NCBI RefSeq assembly: GCF_009914755.1
Contig: NC_060947.1
DNA from: the human T2T-CHM13v2.0 reference genome, Homo sapiens
Strand: one strand, 5' to 3'
Length of the DNA stretch: 64,000 nucleotides
Part shown: positions 48,890 through 64,000 of the stretch, in pieces
How the letters are laid out: each line of letters begins with the position of its first letter
Position numbering within the stretch: the stretch's first letter is position 1
Notes under the pieces: generated by a model
The model's input: the letters and a program-made list of their open reading frames with translations, nothing else
Told to the model about the DNA's origin: nothing
The model's database searches: none
Translations under genes and position numbers: made by a program

Positions 48890-49515
48890 TTTTTGCTTCA
48901 TGTAGCTTGTGAAGTCCTTTGCTCATTGCCAATCAAAGAGATCCAGGTTTAAGCTCGCATGGATGTTCATCATGGAATCACTAACGGAACTCGTAACTTT
49001 TATTTTTTTCCCCTCTTCCCTTCCCTCAAGTCAAGAAATGAAAAACGATTGCACCCTTTATTCATTAACATTTATGACTGTTTAGTGTCTGATGTGAAGA
49101 TAGTTATAATGATTTCTATGCAGTTCATTGTAGACACAAATCCCTTTCACTGAGATCCCTACAACTGCTGTTGCTAATGGCCACCCTTATGCACAAGACA
49201 GAGAGAGGACCAAGGGTGGAAGTTTTTTCTTCTGTACTTGTCAAACATGGAAAAGAACTTAGTAACAGATGTGAGTTAGGTTTTTGGTTTTGGAGGTTGG
49301 TTTGTTTGTTTTAATCTACTCTGGGCACATATTGAAGCAAACCTGCTTTTGGGTGGTGTACAATTTTTAGAGGTGATAGCACAGGCTATGTTTCCATGTA
49401 ATGCCCATTCACACTGGGCAAGTCCAACAATCAACCCTGGCTTGGGAAACAGCAAAGATGGCTCTGAGACTGCATCTAGGGCCTGATTGCTTTAGAACAT
49501 ATTAAAATGCACAGC
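48890..49515. repeat. Probable ancient mammalian interspersed repeat (MamRep605-like)
   Basis: Motifs gagatccaggtttaagctc and catctagggcctgattgc recalled from an ancient repeat; family assignment uncertain. Confidence 0.35.
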
Positions 49516-51879
49516 ATTTAATTTTAAGGACTATAGCTGATTATTCAAGTGTAAGTTTTTGGTCTTCTTCACATAACACTCCTTCAGTATTCACTTTTTA
49601 TAAATTTAGGACTGGATAGATAAAAGTCATTTGGAAAGCCTACTCTATCAAAAACAAGTTTACTTAAAGGTGTCATTCTTTATGTCAGGAAATTGGCTAA
49701 TATCTTGATGATCAATAGCAGAAATGGCCATTTCTTTTTCCTGTAGAGGACACAGGTACCTAAAACTAATTTTTAATAGGGTGGGTGGGAGAAATTACTC
49801 TTCCTCAAGAAGTCACTCAAGACCTTCTATTTAGCTATTTTTTAACCTGAAAAACGTCCTCAGAATATACATGAACTTTATTATTTGGGACATTAAATCA
49901 TCCCCTTAACTTTCTTTTGGCTTTTGCTGCTGCTGCTCCTGCATGAAAATGTGAGCCATGTTATGCAGTTGTTGGCATTCAGTTCTTCCAGCATGGACCT
50001 CTGTATCAGAGAAAGCATCAGTCTGATGAGTGGGTATGTTAATATTCAACCCAAATTGGGTCATCTTACAGTCAGTTCATCTGGAGGATGATCTAGCACA
50101 AAAACTTCTCAGTGTTGGGAGGAAAATTGCAGAGCTACCTGCATATCTCAATCAGCTAGAAAATGTAGTCCCCAGTGGTAAGAAGAATGTGAAGACTTGC
50201 TGGCACACAGTGGGTATTTAAAGATATATTTTGGATGGACTTGAAAGAACCACTCAGTTCCACGTAATGAGAGAATGGCTTTATTTGGGGCTTTGGTTTA
50301 TAAAATTATGATATTTTCTGATTGTTGATGAGGAAATAACAGCTTGTTTTCACTAAAATACATTTGTTTTAGAATTTCCAGTTAGATAACTGAGGACGAC
50401 CATAAAGGCAAAAGTAGAGGTTATATGAGCTTACATTTCTGGCCAAAGCTAGAAAGGGACTCTTATACCACTTCCAAGTAAAAAGAAAATAACTTCTTTT
50501 GTGAAATTTATTGTTATATAATTAAAAATAAAAGGAACCATGCTTTGAACCCTCAAAGGAAACAATAAAATGTTTTATTTAAAAATGCTGGTTAGAAGTA
50601 ATGTTGCTCTGTGGATATTCACACTGTGCTTTTAGCTGTAGAGTGTAAGAACACTAGAAGTTAGAAAATCAACAATGTGATATTGAGATCTCATCTCCTA
50701 AATGTATTCTAATGAGCTAAGATCAAGGAGGAAAATACTTCCCTATGATTTGTTCTTTAATTGAAAGGGACAATCTGAGACATGGTACTTTTATCTCTTT
50801 AATTAGGGTGACTTCTCTGGAGGAAAATGGATCTTTGAAGGAAGGGAAAGTGGTACTAGAAGAATTGGTTAGGTCATTGGAAGTGATATAGGACAATGTT
50901 TGGAGTATAAGACAAAGTTTACAGCAACTAGATAATAGGCAGGGATGAGAGATATCGGTCAGAAAGAATGTGTGGCCAGAATTGAGCTGAGTGAAACACA
51001 GTTATTGAATAAGTTGAAGGGGAAATAATTTTACAGTTCTTATCATTGAATTTGATATGGCCAAAGGCATACTTGTTGAACTGTTACTGTATGTGCAATA
51101 TTCCACTAGTCCTGAGGTGGGGCTGACGGGGAGGGAAAATAAATCAAAACTCCCTTGTTTAAAATACTTAATATCATTGAGATCAATGAATGGCTAAGCA
51201 AATAATGGTTTTAGGGTTAGGGAGGGTGGAGTGTAGGTCCTGTTCTCTGGAATGTTCCATTCTCTAAAGGTAGAACATTTCTGGAGTTTTAGCTGGATGC
51301 CCAGATGTTAACAAGATATTCCCTAGCACTGCTAATCCTTTAATATCTTCTTCCATTATCAACTCTGTAGTGGTCGTTCCGCAATGATAAGCCTTTGGCA
51401 GTCTTTTCCAGGGCATGTTCAGTCCAGTTCTCAATCAGGGATCCATAGAGGACCTCCACATAGATCTCATGGGCTCCCCTCTGGGAAGCTCTCTCCTTTT
51501 ACTGGGAGTTCCAGCCATTTTAAATGCCTTGAACTCTGATCTCTGTAGCTCCAGCTCAATAATACTACTGGGCTCTGTTAGGACTCTAACTCACCAAGCC
51601 ATAGTTGGGGAATTGTCCCCAGTCGGAGAGCTGGGTTGATTGTGGGGCTCACACCATTAGTCCTCCTTTTCTCCGAGATCACAGCTTAACACTTCCTGAA
51701 TATTATTGCTTTACACATTTCTTCCACTTTTGTTGTTGCTTACTGTGGGAGAGTTAGTCTAGTTTCAGTTACTTCCTGTTACCTTCGATACCCCATCATT
51801 CTTTGGGTGCTTTCTGTCATAAAGAAGTTGTGCTAGGGTTACCTTGATACTGATTCTTTTTAGTGGAAAATGAATTTAG

Positions 51880-53170
51880 AAACCTTCTTTTTCTTTTAAA
51901 TTGTTATTTCATTGAGATACTTCCAATTCAAATCCAGCATCACAGGGCTCTTCCTTACCTTTCTCCATTCCATATTTGTATTTCCTTTTTCCACAGTGAG
52001 AACCCTCATTCTCATCAACATCAATATATTTACTTGTTTTGTCCTATAAGTTATACAAAATAGTTTTAGAATGTCTACACCAAAACCACTACAAGCAACA
52101 AACTTACTAAAGTACAAGATATTTTATAATTCTTTTTGTCTTTAGAATTCATCCCACTAAAGTTGTACAGTCAGAGTGATATGTTCAAAAGTTGCTTGAA
52201 TTAATTTCTTTTTCTCTGTGGTCATGTTATTAATTCAATATATAAATAAGTTAATTTGTGTTTCTATGCAATTTGCTTTTTTATCCTTTTGGATTAAATT
52301 TTATTTTTGAATACATAAAATTTTTACATCATTGGAAATTCAAAATTATAGAAAAAATAATAAATCCAAGAAGTCTCACTCCCATGCCTATCCCTTCTAC
52401 CTGGTCTCACACATGTCCTAGTTGTAACTAATTCCTTTAGTTTCTGATATTTCCTTTCTTTTTCTTTTTTGCACAAATCAATGTGTATATTTTTAGTTCC
52501 ACTTGTTTCATAGTAGCAAAAAATAATTATCCATTTAATTTTTTGGTTCTTGATTTTTTCACTAATGTATCTTGGAAGTCAAGCATTTTGGATTCTGTTA
52601 ATATTTTTTTCTTATTACAATTGTGTATCATGCTTAATGAAATTTAAAATAATATTAAAATAGAAAACTCTCTTGTTTATATCCCTAGAGTTAACTCATG
52701 ATTGAATTTTTTATAGATTCTTCCAGATAGTTTCTTTGGATATATATGTATATAGATGATTTATGTATCCTAAATCATATGCATTTTTCAAACTTGGAAT
52801 CATACTGTACGTACTATTCTCCAACCTGATGTTACTTCACATGATATTTATATCTGTAACTTCTAATTCTTGACACTATATAACTAAATCATATTTTTAA
52901 ATACTGTGAAATATTCCATTGTGTGGACTTATAATAAAATTAAAACCAGTGCTCTGTTTATGGAAATTAGAGTTTTATCCCTAGGTTTTGCTATTGCAAA
53001 ACAATGCTGCGAGGAGTGCCCTATTACATAGATCTTAGTACACTAGAAGAGTAAACATTTTTGTAGGCTAGATTCCTAGAAGTGGAAATGTTGGATAAAG
53101 TTTTTATTTAAATTTTGAAATGATACTGACAAATTGCCCACCAATGTCACTGTGCCAATTTTGCCAATCT
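51880..53170 (-). mobile_element. Ancient L1M (L1MC/ME-like) fragments
   Basis: AT-rich degenerate L1 3'UTR-like sequence. Confidence 0.5.
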
Positions 53171-53258
53171 AAATCCAAATGAAAAACATTTCATTGTTTA
53201 CTAAAATCCCCAGGTTGGCTACTATGAGTATGTTCTTTGGATTCAAATAACCTTAAAA

Positions 53259-53306
53259 GTGTGTGTGTGTGTGTGTGTGTGTCTGAGACATAGAGAGAGA
53301 GAGAGA
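53259..53306. repeat. (GT)n(GA)n microsatellite
   Basis: Seen directly. Confidence 0.9.
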
Positions 53307-54584
53307 TCAGCAGCAAAACAATCCATACAGTGAAAATCTCTGCCTATTCCATTAAGGTTGGCAACAAAGAATGGCAGAGAAGAGAATGTGAGTTAACAAC
53401 TAAGTTCATTATTATTTTGGTTGTTCTACAACATCAACATCTGATATGATTGAAATATTAAAGTTCCTTATGACACTGGTTCTCTTTAAATGAAAAGGTG
53501 TGGATAATTAAGCTAATTATTTAATGAAAGCTGGAAAGTCCGAAAACAATTCCATGGGGGATTTCATCCAGCTCTGTAGCATCTTCCAAATACAGAAGTC
53601 ACCGAGCTTGGTATCATGTTGGATTTGTTACTGTCCATAAGGTTAAAGGATGAGAGAGAAGGAAGAATAATTGAGCCTTCTATTAATTTTGATATTGGGA
53701 TTTATCCCATCCATAAGTACAGCCAAGAACTGCAGTGAATGAGCTCCTTTCTACTCTGTTGTTTTGGAATGAAAAGATATTTTATCTGCCAGAGTGGAGA
53801 CATGCTTTGAATGTCTGTTATTTCTGCCAGGTGAGTTTCTATCATAACCCAACTCATGTAGGCACATCAGTCTAAAGTGCATCCCTTGTGGCTTTGCTGA
53901 CTTCTACAGGTGTAATTTGCCCTAAACGAAGTATGTGCTCTGCAAAAGCACACCCTTAATGCCTACTGTAGTTTGGTCCCTGGAGAAAGCTAGCACCCAG
54001 AGATTTCTTAGAATATGCATGACTTTCCTAGTCTATGAGAAGGACACTGAATATGCAGTTTTAAACTTCCATTCATATTCCTATTCTTGCCTCATATTTG
54101 CTTCCATATATTTATTTGAGACTGTCATAGAGAAGCATGATATTTTGTGAGGCTTGCACCAGGACTATTTTCTAAAAGAAATGCTTTGACATTCAATGAC
54201 CTTCCCCCAGGCTAAGAAGAGTCAGGCCCTGCCTCTCTCTGTGGGTGTGAGTTATGAGAGCTGTATTGTAAGTGTGCTCTCCCTAAATGGTTACAGACAA
54301 GAAACACATGGTTTTAAGAGGCACCCATTAAACCCTTAAGATGAATGGCATGTATTTGGCATCTCTACTTTGTGGAGAAACAAGACAGTGGTTTCCTGAA
54401 ATCAAATTCTGCCAAGGATTGTCTTAGAAATAGGGCATTTATTAATTCACCAAACATGCAAGCAAACTAAATGCAAGCAAGCAAAATAAAATGTCTTATG
54501 ATGGGTCCCTCTCAGTGATTCAGAAATTGACCAGACATGCTTTTAGCCCCCCAAGAAACAAGTAAATCATAGGGGGAAGGGAGA

Positions 54585-54970
54585 AACTAACATGCATCGA
54601 GTGCTCCTATATGCCAGGCACTTTACATACATTGTCTCCTAATACAAAGACACTGAGGTAGGTAGGTCCAACTCTTGTTCTCCATATAGGGAAACTGAGG
54701 CTTAGAGTAGCTAAATAATTTGACCACTCTCTTACATAGCTAGTAATTGGCAAAGCCAGGATTTAAACCCAGATTTGTCTGACCCCAGAGTCCTGCTCTT
54801 AATCACTCGTCCATGTTGTGCCTTTGTGTGGACATCATTAGCCTCATTTTAAAGATGAGAAAACTGAAGCTCAGGGAGGGTGAGTTTATCTGAGGTCCCC
54901 AACCATTAAGTGGAAAATTTAGGTTTCAGATGATCGACTGATTCCAAAGTTTATGCTCTTTCCACAACAC
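54585..54970 (-). mobile_element. Two adjacent MIR fragments
   Basis: ggaaactgaggcttagag and gatgagaaaactgaagctcag MIR cores. Confidence 0.75.
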
Positions 54971-55469
54971 CATGGATATGTCTTATTTACAACTCTTATA
55001 AAAGGCATAATATAATAAGAGTCATATAAGAGGCATGGATATAGTTCATATCAAGGAGATATTATTTTCAGCTGGGTGTGAGGGTGATTAGGGAAGGCTT
55101 CATGGGACAGGCATCATTTGACATTGACTGTGAAGACTGGATTGGGCAGACTGGATTGGGAATAGTGACGGGGGATGGTATTCTGAGCAGAGGTTAAAAT
55201 AAGAGCAAATATGTGGATGCATAAAGTGCAGGATATTTTTGAATATCAAGTGGCCTAAATTGACTGGAGGATAGTATAAGATTCAGGTAGTTAGGAAACA
55301 TATTTGTTGAGAAACAAGTAGCTAGACAGATGGTGTTTTGAATACCTCCACAATTTTAAAATTATAGGATATATATTGAATCCAGAAAGGAAATGTTGGT
55401 TAAGGCGCTTTAGATTGGAAGGCAGGGGGCAAGGTTGCTGAGACATTCTAGCTCTGTGCTAGTGTTTCT

Positions 55470-55671
55470 TTTTTATTTTTATTTTTATTTTTTTATTATT
55501 ATTATACTTTAATTTTTAGGGTACATGTGCACAATGTGCAGGTTAGTTACATATGTATACATGTGCCATGCTGGTGTGCTGCACCCATTAACTCGTCATT
55601 TAGCATTAGGTATATCTCCTAATGCTATCCCTCCCCCCTCCCCCCACCGCACAACAGTCCCCAGAGTGTGA
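55470..55671 (-). mobile_element. Short young L1PA2/3-like 3' fragment
   Basis: Poly-T tail plus L1 3'UTR; TSD tgctagtgtttct/tgctcgtgtttct (55457-55469, 55672-55684). Confidence 0.93.
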
Positions 55672-56684
55672 TGCTCGTGTTTCTGTTCACATGCTTTACA
55701 TTTGCTATAATAGGAAGGTTCAATCAAAGCTTTGTTTTCAATTATGAAAATGTTTTGAATTTAAAAAAAACTGAGTAAGGCATTAACCTTAATTAAAAAT
55801 CAGAATAAAGCTTATTTGTATCTTCAGCTTCAGGGAATTAATGATTTTTTTTTTTTTACAGTAAAGGAACTTGTTTCTGGTCTTAACATTACCAGCGGGT
55901 GGCACTGTAATACATTCCTTCTGCATCTCTGAAGTAGCGTTTTACCATCTCATGGCTGTCTTCAGAGTCTGAAATTAGAAGGAATAACAGCTTTATAGTC
56001 ACCATAGTGTGATTGGTCTAATCTTTGAACACATTTACTAAGCACCACCCCCACAACCACGATTCTTCAGTTTTTGAGAGCTATTCTGCTTAGGTTCTCA
56101 CCAAACTACCTCTGAATCTTTTCATTTTTTTCCCAAGAAGGTGACTGTGAGGCATAGCTCTCGTTACTTTTCAAGTAGTTCTTCAAAGTTAGGTATTCAA
56201 AAGCCAAAGGCAGGAGAAGTTATGAGACTGGCAAATTTTACCTTTGGCACTCCCCCTGGCTACTTTGCTTTTAATATCTTTGCTTGTTTCTTGTGCATTT
56301 CGCCCTCCCCAAGGCTAAAGAGAATTCAAATGATTCACAATTTTCTTGACCTTTACTCAGAACTTTCCTATTCTTTGATAGGTGACAGCTAGTTTAATCT
56401 TTAAACCAATCCAGACTGATACACTGAAACACTACTGAGCATTCGGTGTTATTGGACACACCTCTTCCTTTTTGACACTCTCTTCTTCTGCTCTAGTGAC
56501 ATCATTTTATCTTGGTCCTATCTGTATCTTTCTGGCCATTTTTTCCCGGTCTCCATCATTATCTCATTTTCCTCTCTGTCTCTTAAAAGTCGCTTTTCTC
56601 CAGCATTTTCTCCTTGTTACTCTTTTAACAAACCACTCCATACGTTTCCAAAGTTTCTACTCCCTTGGTATTAACTATCTACCC

Positions 56685-56877
56685 TCTTGGTGCTTCTCAG
56701 CAGTGTCTGCATATTGGAACCACCCAGGGAGCTTTTAAACCATATTCCTGTGCAAGTACCACTCCCAGAGTTACTGATTTATTTGGGCTGGGGCCTCGGA
56801 ATCTGTTGGTTTTTTGTTCATCTATTTGTTTTAACTACAAGGTGATTCTAATGTACAGCCAGGGATGAGAACCCCTG
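56685..56877. mobile_element. MER5A-like hAT remnant
   Basis: gggagcttttaaa...ctgatttatttgggctggg...ggtgattctaatgtacagccagggatgagaacc. Confidence 0.75.
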
Positions 56878-57167
56878 ACCTATTGAGGTTTCTAGCAATC
56901 CAGTCTTTATGTCTCCTCTGAGTTACATGCATTATTTTCCTTCTAGACATCTTCCCTTGGCTGTCCCACAGGCACTTTGAACTTCAAAACTCAATTTTTA
57001 ATCTATTTAAATTCCACCCTTCTTGTGTACCCCATCTTAGTTAAAATTACATTATCATTCTATTTGGGCCAGAATATATGGTGTGACTCTCAAATCTACT
57101 GCAAGTTTCCATATTCAGTAATCACCAAGTTCTGCAGTTTGAATTCTCAAATATCTTCTAAACTACC

Positions 57168-57733
57168 TGTATTAGTCAGAGTTTTCCAGAGGGAAAGAAC
57201 TAATAGGATAGATGTATATATGAAAGGGAGTCTATTAAGGAGAATTGACTCACACGATCACAAAGTGAAGTCCCACGATAGGCCATCTGCAAGCTGAGGA
57301 GGAAGTCAGTAGTGGCTCAGTCCAAGTCCAAAAGCCTCAAAAGCAAGAAAGCCAACAGTGCGGCCTTCAGTCTGTGGCTGAAGGCCTGAGAGCCTCCAGC
57401 AAATCACTGGTGTAAGTCCAAGAGTGCAAAGTCCAAAGAACCTGGAGTCTGACGTCCAAGAGTGGGAAGCATCCAGCAAGGGAAAAAGATGAAAGCCAGA
57501 AGACTCAGCAAGCCAGCTTATTCCACCTTCTTCCACCTGCTTTGTTCTAGTTCTGCTGGCAGTTGATTGGATGGTGCCCACCCATACTGAGGGTGGATCT
57601 GCCTGTCAAGTCCACTGACTCAAATGTTATCTCCTCTGGCAACACCCTCAAAGACACACCCAGAAACAAGTACTTTACCAGCCATCTGGCGTCCTTCAAT
57701 CCAACAAGTTGATACCTAATATTAACCATCACA
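57168..57733 (-). mobile_element. MLT2A-like solo LTR (ERVL)
   Basis: tgtattagtcag...attaaccatcaca termini, ~565 bp; degenerate 5-bp TSD ctacc/ccact. Confidence 0.88.
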
Positions 57734-57747
57734 CCACTCCAGTCATG

Positions 57748-57895
57748 TTTTTTTTTAGACAAATTTTGACTTTTATTTTAGATTCGGGGGTATACACGTG
57801 CAGGTTTGTTACCTAGGTGTATTGTGTGATGCTAAGGTTTGTGGTATATATGGTCCTGTCACCCAGGTAGTGAGCGTAGTACCTAATAGGTAGTC
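57748..57895 (-). mobile_element. Short old L1 3'-end fragment
   Basis: ttttatttagattcggggg...gtgcaggtttgttac...gtcacccaggtagtgagcgtagtacc. Confidence 0.8.
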
Positions 57896-59258
57896 ACCCC
57901 ACACTTCTTCATCCTATCTGTTGCTGACCTAGTTCAGCCTTTCATAATTTCTTCCAGCCCTTCTACATTACTGCCCATTTTCCATAATACTTGCAAATGG
58001 TGTTTTTACTTGTTTGCTTGTTTTTAGTTATAGATGTACAGCAATTTCAAGCATTTATTCCATTGTCTAATGAACATTTGTAGATCAACTGCTAGATGCA
58101 AGACCTCTACTTATGAAATAAAACTCCTTTGACTCCCTATTGCATACAGGATAAAGGTAAAATGCCTTGTAGCATATAATATATGGCATACAAGACCCTT
58201 AATTTATTCCTTAGTTCACTTATTCATTCAATACTTAAATATTCAATGGCCTGTAATAGGTACTATGCTAATTTTTATATAAATATAAAAACACGTGTGC
58301 TATTATATATGTATGTATAGGTATATACATATGCATGTGTATACACACACACACACACGCACACACACAAACACACAATTCATTTAGGCTCCAGGCTTCT
58401 CAGTCCTATTTTTGTGCCCCTCAGTCCTATTTTTGTACCCCTTGCCACACACCTCTTCACACAAGAGCCATCCTGAGTTATTTATCATTCTGAAAAAAGA
58501 ACTGTTCATATTCCCAGCTCTGAGCATTTTATCTTATGCTTTTCTTCACATGTGAATCACTTCCCACCTTCTCTGACTTTTGATACTATTCATCTTTGAA
58601 GAACCATTTCAAATGTCATTTTCTCTGTGTACCTTTCGTTGGATTGCCCCCATCGACCCACCTCTTCCAGGCAGAATTAATTGTCCTTCCTCTGTGCTCC
58701 TGTAGCATTTTGTTTAGACTTCTATACTGGAACTGGTCATATTGTGATTTAGTTATTTGTACGTCTGTCTTTTCCACCATACCTGGGAGCTTTTTGAAGG
58801 CAAAAATTGTTTCCTCGATTCTCTATACCTGGTAGACTGCCTTGTACATAATAGTTGATCTACGAATGTTTATTAGATAATTGAATAGATGCTTGTGGAT
58901 TACTGGCACCCTAGCAGTCTTTAGGAGCAGAACACATGTGATTGAAAGTCATTAAACAACCTTGAAAAACTGAGTATGCCACCTATCACAGTTTGGAATT
59001 GTGGCCAGAGCACAGCCTGCCTACTCTCAGGTTTTGCTGTTTTGACAAGGAGGATTTATCAGTGCAATCAGGGCCTTTGAAACTCTATCCTCATCTGCAG
59101 AGCCCACATTCACATAGACTTTATAGTTTATAATGAGATTTTAATGTCTGAACACCACCCACCTCAGTGGTCAGTGACTTGGCTTATTTAGGATTCATGT
59201 GGTATGAACTAGCTAAGAACAGAGAGCATGGTGGGCTGGGAAAGGGCAGGCCAATTGC

Positions 59259-64000
<4,742 letters not shown>

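Overview
Primate, most likely human, genomic DNA from inside the very large gene IL1RAPL2 (+ strand). The only host exon I can support is a 101-nt exon at 46057-46157. It carries the start codon and signal peptide (MKPPFLLALVVCSVVSTNLKMVSKRNS) and is missed by the ORF track. The rest is intronic and dominated by retroelements: nested old L1s, a full-length L1PA4-like copy, two twin-primed (5'-inverted) L1s, an L1PA2-like copy running off the window end, several Alus, LTR8/MLT solo LTRs, ancient L2/L3/MIR/MER fragments, and a prohibitin (PHB1) processed pseudogene. Almost every listed ORF is an L1/Alu/PHB remnant or chance. I found no novel protein-coding system. The most notable unexplained structures are: (1) an inverted ~400-bp copy that preserves the empty pre-insertion site of the PHB1 pseudogene; (2) two further locally templated insertions; (3) non-consensus variants shared among three neighbouring L1s, suggesting gene conversion; (4) a stem-loop covering the exon's 5' splice site; (5) an L1 antisense promoter pointing at the ATG exon. 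Repeat subfamily names and consensus comparisons are from memory, and boundaries of ancient repeats are approximate.
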